Source: an uncultured Bacteroidia bacterium
GTDB taxonomy: Bacteria > Bacteroidota > Bacteroidia > JANWVE01
Reading direction: 5' to 3'
Assembly (NCBI GenBank): GCA_938016205.1
Contig: CALLWV010000088.1
Span: forward strand, 1 to 25,524
DNA: 25,524 nt
In this document: positions 1-9,800 of the stretch, in pieces
Layout: each line of letters opens with the position of its first letter
Numbering within the stretch: the stretch's first letter is position 1
Position numbers and translations under genes: made by a program
Notes under the pieces: model-generated
Database searches by the model: none
Told to the model about the DNA's origin: nothing
Seen by the model: only the letters and a program-made list of their open reading frames with translations

Positions 1-622
1 TTTTAATTCTTCTATATCCGCTGTATAAGGATAGTTTTTCATAATGCCATCTGGGTCTACAAAATTACTTTGTTCAAATAAAGACAACAGCTTTTCTAAC
101 CTTGTCTGATACTTGCCCTGAATACGTTTTACCTGTACAACATAACTATCATGCGTTAAACGCTCTACAAAACTACTCTTTTTAGGAATAATTTCTTTCG
201 TAAGTAAATCTTTGTAAATCCGTTCTGCCTTAAAACAAGCAGATTCTATTTCAGGAATGTTAAACCCAAGTATATAAATCGTAGTAATAGGTAAAGCCGT
301 ATTTTTACCTTCAATTATATCTTCTTTTTTGTACTGTTCAGCAAGATAATTTCTAAAACGCATTAAATCTACATATTCAAAGGCTTTTTGTACTTCAATC
401 AGAACTTTTTTATAGCCTTCTTCAGTTTTTACAGTAGCTACAAAATCCATTCGGAAGAGACGTGTGCCAACAAGTTCGTCAGAGTAGGTAAATTCTTGCG
501 GTTGTATAGTAAGGCTTTCTATTTCTTGTTCTGTAAGCGTGCTAATAAAGAATTTAGCTATTTTTTCGTTTTGCATCAAACGCTTAAAGACAAGGTCATA
601 GATAGGATTGGCAATAATCATG
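1..622 (-). CDS. PD-(D/E)XK nuclease family transposase-like protein (PDDEXK_2/Rpn-like). The start codon is at 622 and the C-terminus runs off the window edge.
   Basis: Reverse-strand translation from ATG (complement of 620-622) gives MIIANPIYDLVFKRLMQNEKIAKFFISTL...RMDFVATVKTEEGYKKVLIEVQKA.... I remember the NP(I/F)xDxxFKxLF...FLxxLL N-terminus and the (I/V)EVQKA motif as typical of the Bacteroidetes PD-(D/E)XK 'transposase-like' family. The ORF track misses it because no stop lies inside the window. A -7-like box TATTTTTG (complement of 626-633) lies 4 nt upstream of the ATG. Confidence 0.6.
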
Positions 623-742
623 GTACAAAAATAGGGAAAATATACAATTTTTTGATTTTTAACTTTTGATCACTATGAGATAAAGAGTTGTAGTATCTAA
701 ATTTTGATTGGTCAGGTCGGAAGTATTTTATAATTTCGTGGC

Positions 743-1537
743 ATGAGAAAAATAAATGCTTTTTTAATTATAGACGCACAGTATGATTTTTGTAATCCAC
801 AAGGTAGCTTATATGTACCGGGTGCAGAGCAAGATATTCAAAGAATAAGCGAATTTATTCAAAATAATACTCACAAAATAGACCATATCTGTTTAACTAT
901 GGATGCCCACCCTGTGAATGATATTGCTCACCCTGCTTTTTGGCAAGATGAACACGGGAATAATCCCACTCCTTTTACTCAAATATCCTTTGAAGATGTA
1001 GAAAATGGTAAATGGAAGCCGCGTTATTTTGTAGAACAAGCCAAAGAATACTTGCAAAAATTAGAAGAACAGGGCGAGTTTCCGCATACAATATGGCCAG
1101 AACACTGTCTTATGGGACACAAAGGAAGTTGTATAGAACAAACCCTCATAGATGCCGTAATACATTGGTCAAGACATACAGGTAGATATTATCAGATAGT
1201 CAGCAAAGGTACATATCCCCTTACAGAACATTTTGGTATTTTCATTGCCCAAGTTACTTATCCTGACAGACCTGAAACCCAACTTAATCAAACTCTGATA
1301 GATACACTCATGCAATTTGAACATGTGTATTTGTGCGGAGAAGCTAAATCTCATTGTGTAGCTACCAGTTTGAAACAAATTATGCGCTATGCACCTGAAC
1401 TTGCCCAAAAAGTAATCGTATTACAAAACTGCATGTCTGATGTACCAGGGTTAGGGCATTTAGGCGAACCTATCTATCAAGAAGCAAAAAATATAGGCGT
1501 AAAATTTGCCAATATTGAGGACATTACTTTGTTCTAA
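743..1537 (+). CDS. Isochorismatase-family cysteine hydrolase, nicotinamidase/pyrazinamidase (PncA)-like
   Basis: 264-aa ORF. The N-terminal 'AFLIIDAQYDFCNPQGSLYVPGA' resembles the PncA 'ALLVVDxQNDFC..G.L.V.G' substrate-pocket motif. A candidate catalytic Cys lies in 'LCGEAKSHCVATS' (family pattern G-x-a-x-d-x-CV-x-T). The family assignment comes from motif memory only. Confidence 0.6.
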   Translation: MRKINAFLIIDAQYDFCNPQGSLYVPGAEQDIQRISEFIQNNTHKIDHICLTMDAHPVNDIAHPAFWQDEHGNNPTPFTQISFEDVENGKWKPRYFVEQAKEYLQKLEEQGEFPHTIWPEHCLMGHKGSCIEQTLIDAVIHWSRHTGRYYQIVSKGTYPLTEHFGIFIAQVTYPDRPETQLNQTLIDTLMQFEHVYLCGEAKSHCVATSLKQIMRYAPELAQKVIVLQNCMSDVPGLGHLGEPIYQEAKNIGVKFANIEDITLF

Positions 1538-1538
1538 C

Positions 1539-1569
1539 TTTGCTTTTGCATTTTGTTTATTTACTTTTG
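1539..1569 (+). promoter_or_regulatory. Candidate Bacteroidetes sigma-A promoter for purB (TTTG 1539-1542, 19-nt spacer, TACTTTTG 1562-1569)
   Basis: Exact TTTG-N19-TAnnTTTG match to the Bacteroides/Flavobacterium -33/-7 consensus, read directly from the sequence. The predicted transcription start (~1575-1580) lies downstream of the ORF-track start (1540) and upstream of ATG 1600. Confidence 0.45.
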
Positions 1570-1599
1570 TGGGCAAAACTTTTAAGCACTTTCTTAACT

Positions 1600-2943
1600 A
1601 TGGAATTAAAACCACTAACCGCTATCAGTGCCATAGACGGCAGATATAGAGATAAAGTAAAGGAGCTATCCGTTTATTTTTCTGAATATGCTTTGCATGT
1701 ATATCGTGTAAAAATAGAGATTGAATATTTTATTGCACTAACAGAAATACCTCTTCCCGCGCTTGTGAATTTTCCATCTTCGGCAGCATCCGCTTTAAGA
1801 AATTGGTCTAATCACTTAAATTACAATGAAATCCGTGAGATAAAAAGCATAGAAAAAATCACCAATCATGATGTAAAGGCAGTAGAATACTTTATTAAAC
1901 AAAAGTTTGATGAATTAGACCTGTCAGAATACAAAGAATATGTGCATTTTGGGCTTACTTCGCAGGATATTAACAATACCGCCATTCCTTTGCTTTTGCA
2001 AGATGCCCATGAAAAAGTGTATATACCTGAACTGCAAAAAATAATAGATAAACTTAAAGAATATGCTAATTTATGGAAAAAAGTACCTATGCTTGCCCGT
2101 ACCCATGGACAGCCTGCCAGCCCTACAAGACTAGGTAAAGAAATTAAAGTATTTGTAGAACGATTAGAAAAACAATTAGAACTTTTGCAAGATGTGCCTT
2201 TTTCTGCCAAATTTGGGGGAGCAACAGGTAATTTCAATGCCCATAAAGTTGCTTTTCCTGACATTGACTGGGTTGCTTTTGCTAATATGCTCATCAACCA
2301 AAAATTAGGTTTGTATCGTAGTCAGACCACAACACAAATAGAACATTATGATAATCTAGCCGCTTATTGTGATAATCTCCGCAGGATAAATATCATTCTC
2401 ATAGATTTTGCTCGTGATATGTGGCAGTATATTTCTTATGGATATTTTTCCCAAAAAATAAAAGCAAATGAAGTAGGTTCTTCAGCTATGCCCCATAAAG
2501 TAAATCCCATAGATTTTGAAAATGCAGAAGGTAATCTTGGCTATGCCAATGCTATTTTTGAGTTTTTAAGTAATAAATTGCCTATCTCTCGCTTACAAAG
2601 AGATTTGACGGATTCCACAGTTCTCCGTAACCTCGGAACCCCCATAGCACACACCTATTTAGCCTTCAAATCTTTAATGGCAGGATTAAAAAAGATAGAA
2701 ATTAACCTCCCCGCTATCAAAAAAGACCTTAATAACAACTGGGCAGTAGTAGCAGAAGCTATACAAACTATTCTCCGCAGGGAAAACTATCCCAATCCTT
2801 ATGAAAAACTCAAAGAGCTTACTCGCGTAAATAGCAAAATTACCCAAGAAGACATACACAATTTTATAGACAGTCTGGACATCAGCGATGCGCTTAAAAA
2901 TGAACTTAAAGAAATAACCCCGTTCAATTACACAGGAATATAG
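1600..2943 (+). CDS. purB: Adenylosuccinate lyase
   Basis: 'TAISAIDGRYRDKV' matches the adenylosuccinate lyase N-terminal 'SPLDGRYxxKV'. 'GSSAMPHKVNPIDFEN' is the fumarate-lyase/ASL signature (GSSxMPxKxNP). At 447 aa the length matches the long-form PurB. The start is placed at ATG 1600 (MELKPLTAISAIDGRY) rather than 1540, because the extra 20 residues are hydrophobic junk and the promoter -7 box lies inside them. Confidence 0.9.
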   Translation: MELKPLTAISAIDGRYRDKVKELSVYFSEYALHVYRVKIEIEYFIALTEIPLPALVNFPSSAASALRNWSNHLNYNEIREIKSIEKITNHDVKAVEYFIKQKFDELDLSEYKEYVHFGLTSQDINNTAIPLLLQDAHEKVYIPELQKIIDKLKEYANLWKKVPMLARTHGQPASPTRLGKEIKVFVERLEKQLELLQDVPFSAKFGGATGNFNAHKVAFPDIDWVAFANMLINQKLGLYRSQTTTQIEHYDNLAAYCDNLRRINIILIDFARDMWQYISYGYFSQKIKANEVGSSAMPHKVNPIDFENAEGNLGYANAIFEFLSNKLPISRLQRDLTDSTVLRNLGTPIAHTYLAFKSLMAGLKKIEINLPAIKKDLNNNWAVVAEAIQTILRRENYPNPYEKLKELTRVNSKITQEDIHNFIDSLDISDALKNELKEITPFNYTGI

Positions 2944-2980
2944 AAGCACAATGTCTTTGTTAAAGATTATGATACAACAC

Positions 2981-3010
2981 TTTGTTTTTGGGTAAATTTT
3001 CTTAACTTTG
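2981..3010 (+). promoter_or_regulatory. Candidate promoter (TTTG 2981-2984, 18-nt spacer, TAACTTTG 3003-3010) for the 3031 gene
   Basis: A TAnnTTTG -7 box sits 20 nt upstream of ATG 3031, with an upstream TTTG at near-consensus spacing. Confidence 0.35.
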
Positions 3011-3030
3011 TTTTTTATACTGTTATTGTT

Positions 3031-3561
3031 ATGGAAAAATTTCTCGTACTGGTAGTAGTGTTGTTATTTATATACAATCTACTCAAACCCAATAAAAAAA
3101 AGCAAGGTAAAGCAACAGCAAATACTTTTCAGGATTTGCAGAAACTGCTTTCCAATATAGAACAAAATAAAACTGTCAGTACCAAAACAGCAAACAATAA
3201 TACACCCCAGAAGCAGAATACTGCATTAAAAACAGAAAGTTATACCACACTTGAAAAAACAGATATAGAGGTTGAAACATACGAAACCAACACGTATGAT
3301 GATGAAATTAGTCTGTCTGAGTATCTAGAAAGCAAAAAGAGAAGTAAAGGTTTTGAAAATTTAGAAGTGTCACAATTGTATACAAGTGATAGCATAGATA
3401 CGAATACATCTTTTGAAAAAGAAGATGCAAAATGGTTAAATCAGTCTTTGAAAGACAATGCTGACCATTCTGACAAACACACAAAAAAAGCTAAACTTAC
3501 TGCAAAAGACATCAAAAAAGCCTATATCACTAATCAGATTTTGGAAAGAAAATACATCTAA
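3031..3561 (+). CDS. Hypothetical membrane-anchored protein (N-terminal TM helix, K/N/T/E-rich low-complexity tail)
   Basis: 176-aa ORF. 'MEKFLVLVVVLLFIYNLL' is a single hydrophobic anchor, and the rest is polar and low-complexity. No family recognised. Confidence 0.45.
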   Translation: MEKFLVLVVVLLFIYNLLKPNKKKQGKATANTFQDLQKLLSNIEQNKTVSTKTANNNTPQKQNTALKTESYTTLEKTDIEVETYETNTYDDEISLSEYLESKKRSKGFENLEVSQLYTSDSIDTNTSFEKEDAKWLNQSLKDNADHSDKHTKKAKLTAKDIKKAYITNQILERKYI

Positions 3562-3601
3562 CCTGTTAAATCTTGGTATAAAAATAGTCTATATAGAAAC
3601 C

Positions 3602-4822
3602 TTACTTATTTCCTAGTACAATTACCCAAAAGAAGCCTTCATTTTTTTGTTCAGGAATAGAATTATGCTCAGCTACGGGAACAATACCTATGCCTATTTG
3701 TTTTACATCAGGTTTGGTAATGTTCATTTGAGAAACTTCTTGTTTTAGCCATGCATCTAATACTTCGTTTGGATTTTTAGTACCTATGTAGATACACTCT
3801 ACGCACTTACCTTCATAACCTGCTTGTTTAGCACGTTTAGTAGCATCAGATTTGTTTACTCCTGCATCAGAAAAATAGTTTATAGTGCGCATATCCCATG
3901 CGTGCAATGCGGCTGCGCGGGAAAGTTCGGTACTGATATTAGCAGGGGCAGGACGTTTTTTATTCACTTCGGTAGCTAATGCATCAATTACAGATTTATG
4001 AGCGTTGAGTAGAGAATCAGCAAAAGTAATTTGTTCTGAAGTATAAGGTTCATAGAAAAATTTGAGTTTTTTAGTCTTAGGGTCTTTTTTCTTGGTTGTC
4101 AGCATGATAGGAGTCATTTTAAGTTCCCTTACTTTGCTATCATTTGGGAACATCTCTGAAGCCTGCGTAAGTAACTCTTGTGCTTTAAGATAGTTATTTA
4201 CCTGTGCATAATAACGGATAAGTTCTACAAAAACCTCGGCATTGTATCTGTCCTTAAACTTTGGTCTTTTACTTTTGAAATCCGCATATTGAGACTCTGC
4301 AATAGGTGTAAAACTATTTACATAATCTTTTTCTTTGTTGTTCAGCGCGCATTTACCTGCATAATAATACCCCATGCCATCAGGGTCTATTTTACCTGCT
4401 TGTAAAAAAATGGGCTTAGCTTCACTATATTTTTTCTCATTGTATAACGCCATTCCTTTACGAATAGTAATGTTACTAATAGTATCTAAAAAAGGACGGA
4501 ATTTTTTTATGTTCTTGTCCTTTGGAGAAGCAGAACGAGTAGCCGTCATGGCATCTTTGGTAGCTAACTCTACTGCGTTAGGGTATTTTTCCACTAATTT
4601 AGGGTCTTTTGAAAGTTGATAGTAAGCATCAGCACGATATAGCAATAATTTTACGCGTTCGCTACCTCCTGCTTTTTTCAGCACTTTTCCCACCATTTGC
4701 ACACATTCTTCATATTCAGCCTGTTCATAAGCCGCCATTGCTTGTTTTGGAGTAGGAGTTTGTGCTATACTTACAGCTAAACCAAACAATGAGATAACGA
4801 TAAAAGAAAATACTGTTTTCAT
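3602..4822 (-). CDS. Secreted hypothetical protein with TPR-like repeats
   Basis: 406 aa. The N-terminal signal peptide is MKTVFSFIVISLFGLAVSIAQ. Several helical repeat segments have the A/Y/L spacing typical of TPR, for example 'YRADAYYQLSKDP', 'YNEKKYSEAKPIFLQAGKIDP' and 'YYAQVNNYLKAQELLTQASEMFPND'. Confidence 0.5.
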   Translation of the reverse strand: MKTVFSFIVISLFGLAVSIAQTPTPKQAMAAYEQAEYEECVQMVGKVLKKAGGSERVKLLLYRADAYYQLSKDPKLVEKYPNAVELATKDAMTATRSASPKDKNIKKFRPFLDTISNITIRKGMALYNEKKYSEAKPIFLQAGKIDPDGMGYYYAGKCALNNKEKDYVNSFTPIAESQYADFKSKRPKFKDRYNAEVFVELIRYYAQVNNYLKAQELLTQASEMFPNDSKVRELKMTPIMLTTKKKDPKTKKLKFFYEPYTSEQITFADSLLNAHKSVIDALATEVNKKRPAPANISTELSRAAALHAWDMRTINYFSDAGVNKSDATKRAKQAGYEGKCVECIYIGTKNPNEVLDAWLKQEVSQMNITKPDVKQIGIGIVPVAEHNSIPEQKNEGFFWVIVLGNK

Positions 4823-4841
4823 AGGTTTTTGATATGATTTA

Positions 4842-4872
4842 CAAAATTACAACTATTCTTAAAAATTGCAAA
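4842..4872 (-). promoter_or_regulatory. Candidate promoter for the 3602-4822 gene (minus strand TTTG, 19 nt, TAATTTTG)
   Basis: On the minus strand, TAATTTTG is the complement of 4842-4849 and TTTG is the complement of 4869-4872, separated by exactly 19 nt. The -7 box lies 19 nt upstream of ATG 4822. Confidence 0.4.
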
Positions 4873-5024
4873 TTTTTCTTTAAACTTATTAGATAAATTT
4901 TACAACTTAACATTTTTTTATTTCTCAATATGCCTTAAATTAGTAAAAACACACATTTTCCCACATTTTTTAGAAACATTTTTTCTGTATTAAATAATAG
5001 TTTCCTTTACTTTGAACCTAATTC

Positions 5025-6806
5025 ATGTATTGGCAAACCGCAGGTGTATATTGTGGGATAGGATATATTCAAGTAATGCTTATACTTGGCATAGGAATAG
5101 GCATACTACGCATTTTACAGATAAAAATAGAAAGTATATTCAAACTTATCTTTTATGCTTTATGTACGGGCATATATGTATGGATATTAGTTACATCACT
5201 CATTTATACACAAGGTAAAACCATTTTATTAGGCAGTTTGCCCTTGATAATAGCTTTAACTTGGCAATTCAAATCTAATAAAGATATTTCTAAACAAATT
5301 GCTTCATATTTTTATTTCCACAACTCTTTTTTTAAGTTCATTGCAATAAGTTTAGGTATCTGGATTTGGACATCACTATTGAATATATATTGTATTTCAC
5401 TTAACGGTCAGCATTTATATTTGCCCCACTTTGATATTTTACACAGCATTGAGATTAGCCAAAATTTACAACAGAATGGCACAGAAACGTACTATTATTG
5501 GCAAAAAGGTTCAAATACCTTTCCATACCATTATGCAGAGATATGGTTGCATGCGGGTATACAAGCCTTATGGCATACTCAAAAAACATGGACTTGGCAA
5601 GGTATAGTTGTACCCTTATTACAATTTACGCTTGTTATAGGATTATTGAGTATAGCTGAGCATTATCAAAAAGAAGTAAACAGATACTGGATAAGTATTG
5701 CTTGCGGATTTTTGTTGTTTCAAGGCTGGTTAAATATCTCTCTACCTCATTTTGATGCTCATTTTGATTTTACACGGTACGTAAGCATGATAGGCGCTAC
5801 AAAATTTCTCGTAGTAGGAATAGTTTGTATTGTATATCTATTGAGTAACGATAAGGTAAAACACTGGACTATATTACTTTTGCCTATATTCTCTATTATT
5901 ACTTTACCTGCCGTTGTAACACTCATAGCTTTAACATGGATAAAAACTAAACAAAAACAATGTATACTCGGAATTGGACTTTTAATAATATGGATATTTG
6001 GATTTTATTTTATTACAGGAACGCACAATTCTTCTTTTTCTGATGTATTAGTATCTCCATCAAATAGAGATTTTCGGCAAAATCAAGCATATTCGCTTAT
6101 TTTAGCTATTATTTTTTATTTACCTACATTGTTCTGGGTACAAGAAAAGACTATTTTAATACAACTATTGGTAATTTTTGTAATAGGTTACGCATTATTT
6201 TTAGGAATTTATTGGTTGTATGATAGCTATCAATTTTTAGTTTTGTTTGGGATACCTTTTGCATGGGCGCATTCTTGGGTAGTGATAGTAAAAAATAAGA
6301 AAAAAATTATGACAACGTTTTTGTATGTAATTATAGCATTTTCATTGATACAAACACTTTTATACAAAAAAGATTTTCAGCGTACAGCAATAGACAATGC
6401 TTGGATAAATGAAATTTATACTTATTTAATTACAAAAAATGTTATACAACAAGGTGCGGCATTATGGTATTATGATATTAGACAATCGCATGTATTTTGT
6501 TGGAAGGAAAAAAACATTAAAATAACTTCATTATTAGCACAACCTACTTCTTTTAACTTTGATAAAATTACGCGAGAGTCTCTTTCTGATACACTTTCTA
6601 ACTACATGGTACAAAAAAATTTGCTTTTTCACCCTAAATCCAATAAAAAATTAGAAACACAAATATTCTCATTTTGTAAGCAGAATAAACTACATTTTTT
6701 AGTCTATCCGACAGAACTTTTATCTTTTGATGAATATCAAGCGGATATTTTATGTTATTTTGAGAGTAAGAAAGATAAGTTAAATTGTATAGTGTTTGAA
6801 CCTTAA
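5025..6806 (+). CDS. Polytopic integral membrane protein (at least 12 predicted TM helices) with a ~150-aa soluble C-terminal domain; function unknown
   Basis: 593-aa ORF dominated by hydrophobic W/Y/F-rich segments. No catalytic motif recognised. The true start could be an internal Met. Its stop overlaps the convergent M1 peptidase stop within a shared TTAA. Confidence 0.5.
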   Translation: MYWQTAGVYCGIGYIQVMLILGIGIGILRILQIKIESIFKLIFYALCTGIYVWILVTSLIYTQGKTILLGSLPLIIALTWQFKSNKDISKQIASYFYFHNSFFKFIAISLGIWIWTSLLNIYCISLNGQHLYLPHFDILHSIEISQNLQQNGTETYYYWQKGSNTFPYHYAEIWLHAGIQALWHTQKTWTWQGIVVPLLQFTLVIGLLSIAEHYQKEVNRYWISIACGFLLFQGWLNISLPHFDAHFDFTRYVSMIGATKFLVVGIVCIVYLLSNDKVKHWTILLLPIFSIITLPAVVTLIALTWIKTKQKQCILGIGLLIIWIFGFYFITGTHNSSFSDVLVSPSNRDFRQNQAYSLILAIIFYLPTLFWVQEKTILIQLLVIFVIGYALFLGIYWLYDSYQFLVLFGIPFAWAHSWVVIVKNKKKIMTTFLYVIIAFSLIQTLLYKKDFQRTAIDNAWINEIYTYLITKNVIQQGAALWYYDIRQSHVFCWKEKNIKITSLLAQPTSFNFDKITRESLSDTLSNYMVQKNLLFHPKSNKKLETQIFSFCKQNKLHFLVYPTELLSFDEYQADILCYFESKKDKLNCIVFEP

Positions 6807-9800
6807 AAGCATCTACCGATACCGATAATCCATCTGAATTGAAAGGGATTTTGTCCTTGCGGTACATAAGAAAGCCAAAATGGCATATCCAATCTCAATA
6901 CAAAAGGATTAGATTGATAGCCACGCGGAGGAGGTAAAGTAAACGCAATTCCTATTCCTGCATCTTGTAATATGCGTGTATTAGGCATGTTATTATACAC
7001 ATATGTACTATTAGCGATAATGTTTGTAATGTATCCTGCATCATAAAACAAATATGGATTCCATTTGATACGCCCGCGTAAACGTGAAGGTACTTTGCTG
7101 TGCCATCTCGTACGCAATAACTTTACAAAATCTAATTCTATGTTTGTGGCTAAACCTGTATTGCCTACCGTGATGAGATTATTATTTTCATCTAACACAA
7201 AATAACGAGCATAACCTCTTACATTTAGTCCTCCGCCAAGTTGAAGGTGTGCAGGTATTTTACCTTGATTTCTTACATACAAACTTTCAGGAAACATGTA
7301 TGCTCTATACCATTGATTATCAAACTCTTGTTCAGGATTAGCACCATAAAGATATAAATTACTTTCAGCAATGTTATTCATTCCAATTTGTCCAAATAAA
7401 CGCCATTTAATATCAAATTTTTTGCGATTATGTTGTAGTAAAATCTGCGTATTGAAGTAACTATTATTATTTTGAGCAACTAATCCAGGTACTACAAGTT
7501 CGGCATTAGTTCGGATAAGTCCCCAAGAAGTCAGTTTTTGTTTTTCTGTACCAATGCGAATAGATGAGTTAATTGTATTATTTGACCAAAGATTAGGGTT
7601 AGGTAAAAACTCGTTATCTATATCCGTAGGTCTAACCATAATTTTGTAGTAAGCAAATACTTTTGTATAATTTTTACTGCCTACTACCGCGGCAAAAGTT
7701 TTACGCAAACCTTCTTTAATCTGCCATAATCCATCACGTATTTCTGCATGATGAAAATGATAAATTTGTTTATCTAATTTACGTATGGGTGCAGAATAAC
7801 TTGCTCTAAAAGAAACAAGGTTAATTTTATTTTTGTAAGTACTATCTGTTATTCCGTAGCGATAAAACCTGCCTAACGTAGTATTTGCCCATATTGCGGA
7901 TTCAAAAAGATGTGTATTAAAATAATTACTTTTAATTTGAATACCTGTTTGAACTCCTGTTAAACCGTTATACCATATATCAGGTCTGTAATAGGTACGT
8001 GTATGTTTCCAATCAGGATAGTCAGGATAAACACCACTTTCAAATTTAATGATGTTTTTGTGTTTAAGTTGATTATCGCGTAAATCTATATCAGCGAGTA
8101 GATATTCAGGGTCTATGACAAGGTTATCTAACTGAGCAGGGAGTTCAAATTCAAAGGTATAAGTAGGATTTAAGCGTTTTCCCCAACCTCGCCATATAGG
8201 TAATACTCGGGTATTGGGATATTTGAAAGGTTTTACAAAATCTCTGTTTGGAATGTATGCGTAAAGAGTGTCTCCTTTTTTTGTAGTGAACATCAAATCT
8301 AATGGCATTTCCATGTCTGCTTTGCGTACTAATGTAACTTTTACCTTGTTATTATTCATTTTTTTTACAGACTGAATGCCGTAATCTATTTGTTTTTTTG
8401 TAGTTATCCACTCGTCAAAGAACCAATTAAGGTCTATTTTAGTAGCATCTATCATAGCTTGGCGAAAATCTTCTTCGTAAGGGTGTGCTATACACCATTT
8501 TTTGAAGTACGCTTGCATGCCTTGCCAAAAAAGTTTATCTCCGAGTACATATTTAAGGTTAAATAACATAGTAGCTGTTTTAGTGTATACTAATGTATGC
8601 CCTCTATCTTCACCGTTTCTGCGAAGTGAACCATCAAAGTCATCAGCATGGGTATTCAGTTGGATATCATAGCCGTTTTTTGCTCTCCATAAGTAGCTAT
8701 AATACGCATTAGAATAAATAGCTTCTACTTCTTCATAGCGTTTTTCTACATAAGGAATGTATTTTAGGCGAATATCGTATTTACCATGTAAAATTTGCAT
8801 CGCAATAATTTCCATAAATTGAGTAAAACCTTCGTCTAACATAGGGCGATAAGTTTCATTAGAACCAATCATACCAAAAAACCAATTATGACCTACTTCA
8901 TGGGCAAAAAGGCTTTTATATGTAGGCGACGAACCTCCGCACAAGGTAAGCATAGGATACTCCATGCCATCACGGGCGTCTGCTACTACCATTTTGGGAT
9001 AAGCATATTTTCCTACCATAACAGAATATGTCTGAATGATATTTGCAGTAAACTCTGCGGCATCTTGCCAACGTGGAGCATTAGGTTGCATAGCTAAGGC
9101 TATCACTTGTATACCATTCCAATTGGCTTCACCAATGCGATAGGAAGGGTCTGCGGTAAAGCCAAAGTCATGTACATTAGTGGCATAGTATATCCAAGTT
9201 TTCTTTTTACCCTGCTCGGGGGCTATGAGACTAATAGGCGTTTGTGTAGCAGATTTGAAATTTTTTATATCTAATGCGGCACGCAAATCAGGGGGTAGTA
9301 CTTGATTTTTATTTTGTAAAGTACCAGTGGCCTCTACAATGTAATGGTGTGGTAAAGTTAAGTTAACTAAAAAACTACCAAAATCGCCGTAGAATTCGCG
9401 GTTAAGGTGCTGGTCTAATGCCCATTTGAATTTACGGTCATACACAGCTATACGCGGATACCAATGTACAGCATCATAATGTTTTACACCATCATGTATA
9501 AACATTTTCATTCTACGGGGCTGTGAACCTATATCAAAATAGGTCTTGAACTGTATGCTAAAAGTAACCTTGCTATGAGGTAGAATAGGTTTATCCAAAA
9601 ATACTTTGAGAATAGTACCTTGTAATTCTGTATTTTGTAAGTTTCCTTCGTATTTAAGAGAGAGAACTTCAATATTCTTGTCTTGTTGTTCATATTTACC
9701 GTATTTAGGTTTAATATGTGTGCTATTTATGGTTAGGTTATGTAAGTCAGAGTGCGGATTAAACGCATTTTGATATAGATTAAAATACGCTACTTTAAGA

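Noticed and set aside
388-669. 93-aa plus-strand ORF from the six-frame track
   Set aside because: It lies antisense to the much better supported PD-(D/E)XK transposase-like gene (minus strand, start 622). The translation is low-complexity F/Y/K-rich with no recognisable features.
725-730. TATAAT hexamer 13 nt upstream of the nicotinamidase ATG
   Set aside because: It is an E. coli-type -10. Bacteroidetes sigma-A uses TAnnTTTG at -7. The match is probably fortuitous in AT-rich DNA, and no -35 partner was seen.
1540-1599. Longer purB start (MLLHFVYLLLWAKLLSTFLT...)
   Set aside because: The extension is hydrophobic and absent from known adenylosuccinate lyases, and a consensus promoter -7 box lies within it. 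ATG 1600 is preferred.
1169-2297. Antisense ORFs 1169-1408(-), 1866-2297(-), 2686-2949(-) inside the nicotinamidase and purB genes
   Set aside because: They are fully embedded opposite strongly supported genes and are Cys/Ser/Phe-rich with no motifs. They are typical shadow ORFs.
4178-4619. Plus-strand ORFs 4178-4405 and 4374-4619 opposite the TPR-like gene
   Set aside because: Shadow ORFs inside a signal-peptide-bearing minus-strand CDS. No support.
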